From positions 1,276 to 65,275 of the forward strand of contig JBQMZB010000002.1 of the NCBI GenBank assembly GCA_052171195.1: a stretch of 64,000 nt of DNA. Direction: 5' to 3'. The notes beneath the pieces were generated by a model. That model was not told the DNA's origin. It saw only the letters and a list, made by a program, of their open reading frames with translations, and searched no databases. The stretch is from Bacillales bacterium. GTDB lineage: Bacteria > Bacillota_I > Bacilli_A > RFN20 > CAG-826. Below, piece by piece: positions 1 to 9,781 of this stretch (position 1 is its first letter; every line of letters begins with the position of its first letter). The translations under genes and the position numbers were made by a program.

Positions 1-9
1 GCTGCTTCA

Positions 10-504
10 ATGCTGATTACATCCGCTATTATGCCTTTATTTGCTCATGTTCCTTTATTCGGAATAATTCAATTAAGTGTTTCTTTACAAGTTTCTTTCT
101 TTTTAACATTAGCGTTATTTAATATAAAGAAGAATGGATCTTTACTTATAATTGTTTTATTTTCATCAATGGTTCAGGTTTTTATAGCTCCAATCATGTT
201 TTTTATAAGTATCAGTTCAGCTTTAATAATTGAGTTATTTGCATTATGTTTTAAAGATGGATTTAAAAACAAATTAGTAAGATATATTTCAACATTTTTA
301 TATATTCTTTTACAAATGCCTTTAGTATATATCTTTTATAAATTATTAAATAAAGGCTTACCTATTTATTTTAAAGATATTAATTATTTATATGCTTCTT
401 TAATCTTTATAGGTATTATTCTTTTACATATAATTGGAATTTTACTTGGGGAATTAGTCAGTAAAGAATTAAAAAAAGCAGGAGTTATTAAATTTAAAAA
501 TTAA
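10..504 (+). CDS. Polytopic membrane protein, possibly the substrate-specific (S) component of the downstream ECF transporter; may be truncated at the 5' end by the window edge
   Basis: 164 aa, about 5-6 hydrophobic helices, sits directly upstream of EcfT-like and fused EcfA genes; no diagnostic motif seen. Confidence 0.35.
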   Translation: MLITSAIMPLFAHVPLFGIIQLSVSLQVSFFLTLALFNIKKNGSLLIIVLFSSMVQVFIAPIMFFISISSALIIELFALCFKDGFKNKLVRYISTFLYILLQMPLVYIFYKLLNKGLPIYFKDINYLYASLIFIGIILLHIIGILLGELVSKELKKAGVIKFKN

Positions 505-506
505 AG

Positions 507-1193
507 ATGTTTAAATTAAGAAAAAGTTTAATATATCCACTATTTTTAATATTTTCTTCAATCAGTATATTTATAATAGGATTAATAAATATAAGTTCAT
601 TTTATTGTTATATATATTTAACAATAATTTTATTAATACTTATTATTTTTAAAATGTATAAAACTATTCTTAAACTTTTACCTATTACTATATTTTTATC
701 TCTTATTTATTTTCTAACTACCTTTTTAATTGAACATAATGTAGAAAATTCAATTAAAAGTATATACCGTGTATTAACTATAATTTTATCTATTGTACCA
801 AGTTTTTATATTTCTTTATCAGAACTTATTCGTATATTAAAAAAGAGAAAAATACCACCATATATAATAATAGGTATATTAATTACATTTAATTTTTTTC
901 CTATTTTAAAAGAGGAAAAAAAGCAAATCAGAAATTCAATGAAAATAAGAAACATAAAATGTTATAAGAATTTTTATCGAGTTATGATTGTACCATTCGT
1001 ATATCAAATGATAAATATAAGTGATAAATTATCTTTATCTTTAGAATCTAGATGTTTTTCAAATAATATAAAATATCTTGGATATAAAAATATTAAAGCA
1101 AAAATAAAAGATTATATTTATTTTATAATATTTCTACTTATTCTTATTTTTTCTATATCTTATAAAATCTATGAGGTAATTCTATGTCGTTAA
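507..1193 (+). CDS. ECF transporter transmembrane (T) component, CbiQ/EcfT family
   Basis: 228 aa multi-TM protein immediately upstream of, and overlapping, the tandem ABC ATPase gene; size and position typical of EcfT. Confidence 0.5.
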   Translation: MFKLRKSLIYPLFLIFSSISIFIIGLINISSFYCYIYLTIILLILIIFKMYKTILKLLPITIFLSLIYFLTTFLIEHNVENSIKSIYRVLTIILSIVPSFYISLSELIRILKKRKIPPYIIIGILITFNFFPILKEEKKQIRNSMKIRNIKCYKNFYRVMIVPFVYQMINISDKLSLSLESRCFSNNIKYLGYKNIKAKIKDYIYFIIFLLILIFSISYKIYEVILCR

Positions 1194-2614
1194 TTATTAA
1201 AGATTTATATTTTAAATATGAAGAAAATGATAATTATCTTTTAGATAATATTAACCTTAATTTTAACGAAGGTGAAATATATTTATTATATGGCAACAGT
1301 GGAGAAGGGAAATCTAGCTTTATTAACTTAATAAATGGAATTATTCCTTTTTATAAAGAGGGAATATTTAAAGGAGAAATATTATTAGATAATCAAGATA
1401 TTTTTAAATTAAAATTTAATGAAATTTCAAAATTAATTGGGACAGTTTTCCAAGATGTAGATACTCAGATTATTAATGATTATATTGATGATGAATTAAG
1501 TTTTGGCTTAGAAAATTTAAACTATGATCCTAGCTATATTGAATTAAAAGTTAAAGAAAGTTGTAATAAATTAGGCTTTAAAGAAGATTATTTAACTAAA
1601 GTTTTAAGCGGAGGAGAAAAAGAAAGACTTATTATTACTTCAGTTACTTTACTTAATAGAAAAGTATTAATTTTAGATGAACCTTTAGCAAATTTAGATC
1701 AAAAAAACACTGATAAAATATTAAAATATTTAAAAGAAAAATGTGTAAAAGAGAAATTAATAATTTTAATTATCGAACATCGTTTAGATTTTTTACTTCC
1801 TTACGTAAACAATATTTATAAATTAGAAAACAAGAATATTAATAAAATAGAAAAAGAAAAGTTAGTTAATGATATATATAACAATCAAGTTTATTATCAT
1901 AATAAAATTATTAATCATGAATCTTTAAATAAAAAAGAATTAATTAGATTAGAAAATATATCATATAAGAAAAATAAGAAAACTATCTTAAAAAATATAA
2001 ATTTAATAATTAATCAAAATGAAAATATATTATTATTAGGCTTTAATGGATGTGGGAAAACTACTTTATCAAAAATTATAGCTAAATTAATTAAACCAAG
2101 TTCAGGAAAAATATATTCAACTTTTAAAAAAGGGAGAAAATTTTATCAAGATGTTAGCTATCTTTTTCAAAATCCTTCTCATCAATTATTTATGAACACT
2201 GTTGAAAAAGAATTAAGTCTAGGAAGTATTGATAAAGAATATGAAAATAAATTAATTAAATTATTTAATTTAGAAAAGATTTTAAATAAACATCCTTATA
2301 GTTTAAGCCAGGGTGAAAAAAGAAAAATAGCTTTATTGACTATGCTTTTAAAAGAATGTAAACTTTTAATTTTAGATGAACCAAGTGTTGGACAAGATGA
2401 TTCTAATTTATTTAAAATGTTAGATATTATAAGTGAAAGATGTAAAGAAAAAAATATTACTTTAATAGTGATAACTCATGATATTAGAGTTATGTATAAG
2501 CTTTCAGATAAGGCAGTATGGATTAAAGATGGAAGTATTTATAAAGAAGGTAATAATAAATTAATTAAAGAATATCTTGATAGTATAACTAATCTTTCTA
2601 TTAATAATATTTAA
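1184..2614 (+). CDS. ECF/cobalt-type ABC transporter ATPase, fused tandem EcfA1-EcfA2 (two nucleotide-binding domains)
   Basis: Two Walker A motifs (GNSGEGKSS and GFNGCGKTT), two ABC signature motifs (LSGGEKERL and LSQGEKRKI) and two Walker B motifs (ILDEP) in one 476 aa protein. Confidence 0.8.
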   Translation: MSLIIKDLYFKYEENDNYLLDNINLNFNEGEIYLLYGNSGEGKSSFINLINGIIPFYKEGIFKGEILLDNQDIFKLKFNEISKLIGTVFQDVDTQIINDYIDDELSFGLENLNYDPSYIELKVKESCNKLGFKEDYLTKVLSGGEKERLIITSVTLLNRKVLILDEPLANLDQKNTDKILKYLKEKCVKEKLIILIIEHRLDFLLPYVNNIYKLENKNINKIEKEKLVNDIYNNQVYYHNKIINHESLNKKELIRLENISYKKNKKTILKNINLIINQNENILLLGFNGCGKTTLSKIIAKLIKPSSGKIYSTFKKGRKFYQDVSYLFQNPSHQLFMNTVEKELSLGSIDKEYENKLIKLFNLEKILNKHPYSLSQGEKRKIALLTMLLKECKLLILDEPSVGQDDSNLFKMLDIISERCKEKNITLIVITHDIRVMYKLSDKAVWIKDGSIYKEGNNKLIKEYLDSITNLSINNI

Positions 2615-2672
2615 TTTATTATCAAGATATTAAATATATTTAATGATATAGTCGAAGCTAAATTAAAATAAT

Positions 2673-2700
2673 TTGCTTATATCCTAGAAAAGTGTATAAT
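2673..2700 (+). promoter_or_regulatory. Sigma-70-like promoter for the tRNA-fMet gene
   Basis: -35 TTGCTT, 16 nt spacer, extended -10 TGTATAAT ending about 7 nt before the tRNA 5' end. Confidence 0.4.
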
Positions 2701-2707
2701 ATTTAAC

Positions 2708-2784
2708 AGCGGGGTAGAGCAGCCTGGTAGCTTGTCGGGCTCATAACCCGAAGGTCGGAAGTTCAAATCTTCCCCCCGCAACCA
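2708..2784 (+). tRNA. tRNA-fMet (anticodon CAT), initiator type
   Basis: Near-identical to E. coli initiator tRNA (GGGGTAGAGCAGCCTGGTAGCT.GTCGGGCTCATAACCCGAAGGTCG...CCCCCGCAACCA); 1:72 mismatch and three G-C pairs in the anticodon stem. Confidence 0.85.
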
Positions 2785-2794
2785 ATTGAATATT

Positions 2795-2830
2795 ACAGTT
2801 CTTCAAAGAACTGTTTTTTTATTTTTTTTA
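2795..2830 (+). terminator. Rho-independent terminator after tRNA-fMet
   Basis: Hairpin ACAGTTCTT-CAA-AGAACTGT followed by a T-run of more than 15 nt. Confidence 0.6.
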
Positions 2831-3252
2831 AAAATACCATTTTTTAATAGTTTTTTTATATATTTACTTATAACAATTTATAGATTGAATTAGCTTATAT
2901 GCTATGGATAGTATAACCATTGATGTTGTATGTAACTAGAGTTATTATCTTTTTGATTATAACAAAGTTAACTGAATTATTATCACTCAAAAAAATTTTG
3001 TTAGAAATAACATATATAATAAAACAAAGAAGTATATAGCAAGAATAGAAAGTGTTAAAAGGATTTTTTGGTATGTATAAAAATATTTATAAGATTAAAC
3101 GAAGTATATTGACAATTATATTATAAGGAAACAGTATATAAGTATGATTCTATAGATGGAAGATTATTTATTGTTACTAAAGATGGATATGTAGCATCAT
3201 ATTATTATGTAAAGAAAGGATTCTGGTATTATACAGAAAAAGAAAAAAGAGT

Positions 3253-3738
3253 ATGGCAAGCAATTTAAAACAATTAAAACCTATGTGTTGTCCAGTTTGT
3301 GATAAATTTTATTTTACTAAATTAACAAAAGAAGAAATAGCAAAAGGTGAAACTCCAAATCAACAACAGTGTTATGAATGTGGATGGTTCTATGATTTAG
3401 AACAAGTAGTTAATCCTGATCTTAAGCACGAAACTAACGAAATGTCTTTAAATGAATATAAAGAATGGTATGCATATAAAATAAAAGAAAATCGTAAATG
3501 GGAGTATTATCAGGACTTTGTTGGTGAACCTGAGCCACATAAATGCCCAGTTTGTGGTGAATATGAATTCAAAGATGGCCTTAGTTATGATATTTGTCGA
3601 GTCTGTGGGTGTCAAGATGATGGAATGGAAATTGATCCATATGATGAAAATGGTGGCCCATCTGAGGAGTTTATAAAATACAAAGAATGGTTTGAAGAAC
3701 AAAGAAAATTAAATCCTAAATTCAAAAAACGTTGGTAA
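3253..3738 (+). CDS. CPCC-family cysteine-rich protein with two zinc-ribbon-like Cys clusters
   Basis: 161 aa with CPVCDKF..CYECGW and CPVCGEY..CRVCGC motifs; isolated gene with long AT-rich flanks; local GC higher than surroundings. Confidence 0.55.
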   Translation: MASNLKQLKPMCCPVCDKFYFTKLTKEEIAKGETPNQQQCYECGWFYDLEQVVNPDLKHETNEMSLNEYKEWYAYKIKENRKWEYYQDFVGEPEPHKCPVCGEYEFKDGLSYDICRVCGCQDDGMEIDPYDENGGPSEEFIKYKEWFEEQRKLNPKFKKRW

Positions 3739-3907
3739 AAAACACAATAATATAATCAAAAATTAAATTTTTGTTAAAACTAATTTAAGACACTAACAAA
3801 GATTTTTTTTATCAATTTTTTATATTTATATAATAAAATTATATATATTTAATCTTAAAAAAATAGTAACAGTGGTTTTTGTTATTATATTAATGTAAAA
3901 TTAAAAC

Positions 3908-4672
3908 ATGAATGAATTACAAGTTTTAAATATTTCTAAAACGTTCAAATTATCAAAGAAACAACAATTATCTTCAAAAATAGATTCTAAAATTTTAACG
4001 GCGGTAGATGATGTTTCTTTTTCTTTATCAAAAGGAAAAATTTATGGTTTATTAGGTCCTAATGGTGCTGGTAAAACTACTACTCTAAGAATAATTTCAT
4101 CCTTAATAGCTCCGAATAAAGGTAGTGTTTTATATAATGGAAAAGATATTAACGAAGATATTTTAGAATATCGAAGGAAAGTAGGATTTTTAACAAGTGA
4201 ACTTAAATTAGATGATTTTTTTACTCCAGACTATACCTTTTACTATATGTCTAAATTATATGGTATAAATGATAAAGAAATTTCTAAAAGAAAAGAAGAA
4301 TTATTTAAACGTTTTGGAATAGATAATTTTAAACATGTCAAAATTAAAGAATTATCTACTGGTATGAAACAAAAAGTTTCATTAGCAATTTCTTTATGTC
4401 ATGATCCAGAGATTATTATTTTTGATGAACCTACAAATGGACTTGATATAATTGCATCTCGGGATGTTGATGAATTTCTTCGTTCTTTTAAAGGTGGTAA
4501 TAAAGTTGTTTTGATTTCTACACATATTTTTTCATTAGTAGAAAAATTATGTGATGATGTAGGAATAATTGTAAACGGAAAATTAATAATAAATGATACT
4601 TTAGAAAACATAAAAAATGGAAATTCACTTGAAGATGCTTTCTTTAAAATTACGGAAGGTATATTGAAATAA
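3908..4672 (+). CDS. ABC transporter ATP-binding protein (ABC-2/NatA-like)
   Basis: Walker A GPNGAGKTT, signature LSTGMKQKVSLA, Walker B IIFDEPTNGLD. Confidence 0.85.
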   Translation: MNELQVLNISKTFKLSKKQQLSSKIDSKILTAVDDVSFSLSKGKIYGLLGPNGAGKTTTLRIISSLIAPNKGSVLYNGKDINEDILEYRRKVGFLTSELKLDDFFTPDYTFYYMSKLYGINDKEISKRKEELFKRFGIDNFKHVKIKELSTGMKQKVSLAISLCHDPEIIIFDEPTNGLDIIASRDVDEFLRSFKGGNKVVLISTHIFSLVEKLCDDVGIIVNGKLIINDTLENIKNGNSLEDAFFKITEGILK

Positions 4673-5874
4673 TGAAAAATATTAAAATTATTTTTTTAAA
4701 AGAATTAAAAAGAATATTTACAGATAAAAGAATGCTTTTAGCGTTATTTTTACCTGGATTATTAATTTTTATTATTTATACATCTATGGGAAATTTAATG
4801 AAAAAAGTAGCTATTTCAAATAATGTATTAGAAAATACCACATATCATATTGCATACACAGATAATTTTTCTAATGACAAAAACAAAAAAGAACCTATTT
4901 TATTAACATATTTAGAAAATTATATAAAATCAGAAAATAGTAAAGAAACCTCGAATAAGTTAAATAAAATAAGAATAACAAGAAATTCAAGTGGAGAGAT
5001 TGATGAAAATGATATTAATAAACTTAAAGAAGGAAAATACTCTTTAATTTTATCCTTTTCTGATGATTTTGAAGAAAATATATATGATCCTGAAAAAATA
5101 ACAACAACAAATCTTAATTATATTTATGATGGTGAAAATAAAATATCTAATCATATTCATTTATTAACCAAATCTTTATTCAATCCTGCATATAGTAAAG
5201 CTTATTATTCATTATCTGACAAAAATATTAGTACAGGGAATTACATGCTCAATAGGATATCTTCAACGATTATTCCTATGTTAACAATTAGTCTACTTTA
5301 CTCTAGTGTTATTTCAATTTGTCCTGAATCATTTGCAGGTGAAAAAGAAAGAGGTACTTTAGCTAATTTACTTCTTACTCCAATTAGAAGGACTGAGTTA
5401 ATTTCAGGAAAAGTTTTAGCATTAGCTCTGACTGCAATTGTTTCTGGATTATTTAGTTTTATCGGAATGATTAGTTCATTCCCAAAAATGATAGCGGATA
5501 CACATCTATCTTTTTCTTTTATATCAATGTTATTAATATTATTAGTTATTATTTCAACTTTAATTTTATTTGTAACTTTTGGTACTTTTATTTCTTCATT
5601 AGCAAAAACAACAAAAGAAGCTATTAGTTATTTAGGACCATTTTCAATTATTTTTATGCTTTTAGCTATATTACCTTCATTAATTAAAACAAGTAGTATT
5701 CAATATTCTTTTATTCCTTTTATAAATGTATCATTATGTATTTCTAATATTATTATGGGTAACGGGTTAGCTCCATTATTCTTATTAATTACTATTCTTG
5801 TTAATTCTTTATTGACTGGAATGATGATATTTTTAACAACAAAAATATTCAAAAATGAAAAATTTATAATTTAA
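4672..5874 (+). CDS. ABC-2 family transporter permease (NatB-like)
   Basis: 400 aa, N-terminal TM helix, large extracytoplasmic loop, C-terminal cluster of TM helices; start overlaps the ATPase stop (ATGA), suggesting translational coupling. Confidence 0.7.
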   Translation: MKNIKIIFLKELKRIFTDKRMLLALFLPGLLIFIIYTSMGNLMKKVAISNNVLENTTYHIAYTDNFSNDKNKKEPILLTYLENYIKSENSKETSNKLNKIRITRNSSGEIDENDINKLKEGKYSLILSFSDDFEENIYDPEKITTTNLNYIYDGENKISNHIHLLTKSLFNPAYSKAYYSLSDKNISTGNYMLNRISSTIIPMLTISLLYSSVISICPESFAGEKERGTLANLLLTPIRRTELISGKVLALALTAIVSGLFSFIGMISSFPKMIADTHLSFSFISMLLILLVIISTLILFVTFGTFISSLAKTTKEAISYLGPFSIIFMLLAILPSLIKTSSIQYSFIPFINVSLCISNIIMGNGLAPLFLLITILVNSLLTGMMIFLTTKIFKNEKFII

Positions 5875-5888
5875 AAGATGGTTAAATC

Positions 5889-6506
5889 ATGGAAAAAGTT
5901 ATTGGTAAAAGACATTCTTCAATGTCTGGAATTATATTTAATTGTTTTCTTTTGGTTGTATTCGTTTTATTATTGTGTGTTGCAATTATATGTTTCATTA
6001 ATGATGAATATCAAAGAGAAATTTATTTTTATAACTTGAATCTTGGTTATGGTAATAGAGTTTATCCTGAAAAACCAGACGCTAAAATCGCGATTGTAAT
6101 TATAGTAACAATAGTTATCGATTTTTTTATCATATTATTTTCTGTTATTGCATGTAAAAATGATGCACAAAAAGAAGAGAATGTAATAATTTATAATAAA
6201 AAAAATAAAAAATTAAAAATTTTAGATGGTTATGAATATGTTATTGTATCTTTAAAAGATATAGTATCACTAAATTATCTTAATCAACATTATCATGTTC
6301 ATAAACCTTTTGATAAAAACAGAGTATTACCAATGATTATCCCATATTCTACTAGTTATGGCAAAATAGAATTTGAGATTATTGGAAAAGATAAAAAAAA
6401 TTATTTTGTTTCATCTAATGAAGTTGAATATGTAACGGAAGTCTACGAAGAAATTATTGCATTAATAGAATCGCTAAAAGAGAAAGCATATATATCATCT
6501 AATTAG
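5889..6506 (+). CDS. Hypothetical membrane protein
   Basis: 205 aa ORF with two hydrophobic segments; no recognisable motif. Confidence 0.4.
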   Translation: MEKVIGKRHSSMSGIIFNCFLLVVFVLLLCVAIICFINDEYQREIYFYNLNLGYGNRVYPEKPDAKIAIVIIVTIVIDFFIILFSVIACKNDAQKEENVIIYNKKNKKLKILDGYEYVIVSLKDIVSLNYLNQHYHVHKPFDKNRVLPMIIPYSTSYGKIEFEIIGKDKKNYFVSSNEVEYVTEVYEEIIALIESLKEKAYISSN

Positions 6507-6555
6507 AATATTGAAATATTGTAGACTTTCTTTGATAATGTTAAAATAGTATATA

Positions 6556-7365
6556 ATGAAAAAAAGTGATAAGAAAAGTAGAACTATTTATTATTCAAAT
6601 ATATACGAAGATGATTTTGATACAACTAATTTAGAAAGAATAGATATTCCTGATAATTATTCTTATTATAGAAAAAAAGGTATAAAAGGATTTTTTCAAG
6701 ATTTTTTATATTATTTTTTAGCAAAACCTGTATTATCATGTTATTGTTTTTTTAAAGGCATTAGAGTAGTTAATAGAAAACAATTAAAAATATTAAGAAA
6801 ATGTAATCAAGGATGTTTTTTATATGGGAATCATGTAAGTAAAACTGATGCTTTTAAACTCCAAAGTTATATTATACATAGAAGAGTAAATATTCTTGGA
6901 TATACGGATGCTTTAGCTATTAATAAATTAGTTAGTTATCTTGTTAAATCATTTGGATATTTAGCACTTCCTAATAATTTTAACGATCTTAAAAGAGTTA
7001 AAGAACTTCAAGAAGCGATGAAATTTTATGTTGATAAAAAACAACATATTTTAATTTACCCAGAAGCACATATATGGCCTTATTATACAAAAATAAGAGA
7101 TTTTAAAAGTGGAAGTTTTTACTATCCTGCTAAATTTAACAAACCAATAATGCCATTTGTTACAACTTTTAAAAAAGTATGGTGGAGAAAAAAACCTGTT
7201 GAAAGAATAATTTTTGGAGATTTAATTTACCCAAAAAATGAATTAAATGATAAAGATAATCGTAATTATTTAAAAGAAAAATGCTATCAAGAGATGTTAA
7301 AATTATCTAACATTTACAAACAATGTGAATATATTAAATATATAGATAGGAACAGTTTACAATGA
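6556..7365 (+). CDS. Lysophospholipid/glycerolipid acyltransferase (PlsC/LPLAT family)
   Basis: H-X4-D catalytic motif (NHVSKTD) and a downstream PEAH-like block (IYPEAHIW), typical of 1-acyl-sn-glycerol-3-phosphate acyltransferases. Confidence 0.6.
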   Translation: MKKSDKKSRTIYYSNIYEDDFDTTNLERIDIPDNYSYYRKKGIKGFFQDFLYYFLAKPVLSCYCFFKGIRVVNRKQLKILRKCNQGCFLYGNHVSKTDAFKLQSYIIHRRVNILGYTDALAINKLVSYLVKSFGYLALPNNFNDLKRVKELQEAMKFYVDKKQHILIYPEAHIWPYYTKIRDFKSGSFYYPAKFNKPIMPFVTTFKKVWWRKKPVERIIFGDLIYPKNELNDKDNRNYLKEKCYQEMLKLSNIYKQCEYIKYIDRNSLQ

Positions 7366-8657
7366 ATTTTGATAAAATAATTCTTTATTGTGATATTACT
7401 ATTTTACTTGCTTATATCATAGTTATTTTAAATCTATGGTATTATATTCTTTTTTATATTTTAACTTTTAAAAAAATCAAATTTAAAAAAGAACCAAAAC
7501 GTAAAAATAATTTTTGCGTAATTATTCCTGCAAGAAATGAAGGAAGTGTAATTGAAAATATTTTAAAGTCGTTAAAGAAACAAACTTATGATCCAGATTT
7601 TTTTAAAGTGTATGTGATTGTTGAAGATGAAAATGATTTGTCAGTTAATAAGTGCAAACAGTTTAATTATAATTATTTTGTTCGTAAAGATTTAGAAAAT
7701 AAGCACACGAAAGGTTTTGCTATTCAAGAACTTATAAACTCTTTTAATGAAGAAGAAAAAAGTAAAATCGACGCTTACATGATTTTTGATGCTGATAATT
7801 TAATGGATGAAAATTATCTTGAGAGAATGAACGTTTTAAAAGAAAATGGTTATCAAGTTGGATTTGGTTATAGAAATTTTACAAACGCTAATAAAAATCT
7901 TTCTACATCCTGCAGTGCAGTGTTATTTGATATTACTAATTCGCTTATTTCAAAAGGAAGATGTATATTATTTAAAAAAATAATGTTGAATGGAACAGGA
8001 TATTTTATTGATAGAAAAATAATTGATGATTGTAATGGATGGATATTTACAGGACTAACTGAAGATGTTCAATTGTCTGTATATTGCACTTATCATAATA
8101 TCGCCATGGGATATGATGAAAATGTTCAATATTATGATGAACAACCTGAAAATTTTAAAATTATTCATAAACAACATATTAGATGGATTTTTGGATTCTT
8201 AGAAAATAGAATGAAATTTCAAAATAAAATACCTGATTATAAATCTAATAATAGATTTATTTATAATGTATGTAAGTTTGAATATAATGCATGTTTTTGG
8301 CCTGTTGTTAGTTATGTTATATTATCTTTAATAGCATATATTGTAGAAATTATTTTATTAATTACTAGTTTTTTTATAAATCCTAACGCATTATTAAATA
8401 TATTTCTACATTCAATTATTCCATTTAGCTCTTTATATGGTTTATTTTTTATTTCATGTCTACACACTTTAATATCTAACCATAAAAAAATGCATTTAAG
8501 CTTTATCAAAGCATTTATTACTTTATTTATATATCCGTTTTTCTTCTTTGATTTTCTCAGCGCTTTTTTTGATGGATTAACTCATAAAGATAAAAGAAAA
8601 GTTTGGTCTACTATACCTCATAAAGGAGACATAGATAAAACTATATTTAAAGAATGA
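7362..8657 (+). CDS. Processive family-2 glycosyltransferase, membrane-anchored (likely glycolipid synthase)
   Basis: GT2 N-terminal IIPARNEG..E, DAD (FDADN), TED (GLTEDVQLS) and Q-x-x-R-W (KQHIRW) motifs, plus C-terminal TM helices; start overlaps the upstream acyltransferase. Confidence 0.7.
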   Translation: MNFDKIILYCDITILLAYIIVILNLWYYILFYILTFKKIKFKKEPKRKNNFCVIIPARNEGSVIENILKSLKKQTYDPDFFKVYVIVEDENDLSVNKCKQFNYNYFVRKDLENKHTKGFAIQELINSFNEEEKSKIDAYMIFDADNLMDENYLERMNVLKENGYQVGFGYRNFTNANKNLSTSCSAVLFDITNSLISKGRCILFKKIMLNGTGYFIDRKIIDDCNGWIFTGLTEDVQLSVYCTYHNIAMGYDENVQYYDEQPENFKIIHKQHIRWIFGFLENRMKFQNKIPDYKSNNRFIYNVCKFEYNACFWPVVSYVILSLIAYIVEIILLITSFFINPNALLNIFLHSIIPFSSLYGLFFISCLHTLISNHKKMHLSFIKAFITLFIYPFFFFDFLSAFFDGLTHKDKRKVWSTIPHKGDIDKTIFKE

Positions 8658-8705
8658 AAATAATTTATTTTATATTTAATTGTATTTAAAGTATAATTTT
8701 GATAT

Positions 8706-8781
8706 GCCAACTTAGCTTAGCTGGTAGAGCAATTCATTCGTAATGAATAGGTCGTAGGTTCAAATCCTATAGTTGGCACCA
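8706..8781 (+). tRNA. tRNA-Thr (anticodon CGT)
   Basis: Cloverleaf: acceptor GCCAACT/AGTTGGC, anticodon loop TTCGTAA, T-loop TTCAAAT, CCA encoded. Confidence 0.8.
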
Positions 8782-8880
8782 ACATAAATTATAAAATAAT
8801 ATATATTTTATTATTCTTATAATATAATTATAATATAATCTATAAATTGAATGATTTATTATTTATTAAAGGAGATTTCA

Positions 8881-9495
8881 ATGAAAAAAACTGGAAGTGA
8901 AGAGATTAAAATTAAAGTAAATACTAGAAGGTTTGAAATTAATAACAATAAACTTGTTAGAATTTTCTATATCATAATGAGTGTTGTTTTCTTTGCTCAA
9001 TTAATTTTCTTTGCCATAAGTGCTAGAAATATTGACACATTTTATGGTGGAGTTATGACCTGTGTATTTATTATCGGATACATGATTATTGCTTTCTTAA
9101 CTATTAAAAGGAATCAAGAAAACACTTTTATATCATTATTATATTTGGTATTAATTTACTCTATCCCTTGCGGATGGATAGGAATTAGTTATAGTTTTGC
9201 ACATAACTATGATTTACTTAGAAGTGTTTATGATTATATTCAATTTGGTGTCTGTTTAAGCGCTATTATAATAGCTATTCTTGGTATTAATTATTATTAT
9301 CGCAATAATATGAAACTTTCTTCTTTATTAGCTATTATTTCTATCATTATATCTATTATTTGCTTGATTTTAGGTGGGACAAACGAAATATTAAAGGCTT
9401 CTTCAAAACAATATTATCCTTTAGTAGGTATCGGTTTCCTTGTTGAAGCAGTTATTGGTTTCTTACCTCTTAGTTATCTATTTAAGACTGTTTAA
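8881..9495 (+). CDS. Hypothetical polytopic membrane protein
   Basis: ORF with RBS AAAGGAG 7 nt before the ATG at 8881; about 6 hydrophobic helices; the upstream in-frame ATG at 8851 lacks an RBS. Confidence 0.45.
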   Translation: MKKTGSEEIKIKVNTRRFEINNNKLVRIFYIIMSVVFFAQLIFFAISARNIDTFYGGVMTCVFIIGYMIIAFLTIKRNQENTFISLLYLVLIYSIPCGWIGISYSFAHNYDLLRSVYDYIQFGVCLSAIIIAILGINYYYRNNMKLSSLLAIISIIISIICLILGGTNEILKASSKQYYPLVGIGFLVEAVIGFLPLSYLFKTV

Positions 9496-9581
9496 TCTAA
9501 TTATTAAAATAAGGAATAAATTTATTCCTTATTTTTTTAAAATTAATTATTAAGATATTTCCAATATTTTTTATTTTACTC

Positions 9582-9610
9582 TTGATATTAAGATACAAAT
9601 ATGACATAAT
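9582..9610 (+). promoter_or_regulatory. Sigma-70-like promoter for tRNA-Val
   Basis: -35 TTGATA, 17 nt spacer, -10 CATAAT, about 12 nt before the tRNA 5' end. Confidence 0.4.
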
Positions 9611-9622
9611 CATTAAGGTTAT

Positions 9623-9698
9623 GGGCGTTTAGCTCAGCTGGGAGAGCATCTGTTTGACGTACAGAAGGTCATAGGTTCGATCCCTATAGCGCCCACCA
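9623..9698 (+). tRNA. tRNA-Val (anticodon GAC)
   Basis: GGGCGTTTAGCTCAGCTGGGAGAGC..anticodon loop TTGACGT..TTCGATCC..AGCGCCCACCA. Confidence 0.85.
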
Positions 9699-9708
9699 AC
9701 TTTATTAA

Positions 9709-9735
9709 ATCTCGACTAAGGTCGATTTTTTTTAT
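9709..9735 (+). terminator. Rho-independent terminator after tRNA-Val
   Basis: Hairpin TCGAC-TAAG-GTCGA followed by T8. Confidence 0.55.
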
Positions 9736-9781
9736 ATCATTTTTCTTTATTATTAATTAATAAATATCTATAATAAAAATT

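Noticed and set aside
3448-3702. 84 aa minus-strand ORF inside the CPCC-family gene
   Set aside because: Antisense to a motif-supported CDS and low complexity (F/I-rich), as expected from AT-rich antisense frames. The same applies to 4399-4611, 8312-8509, 21165-21368, 23212-23508, 29345-29557, 33662-34033, 35593-35886, 42882-43121, 46679-46915, 49838-50113, 57809-58018 and 61191-61403.
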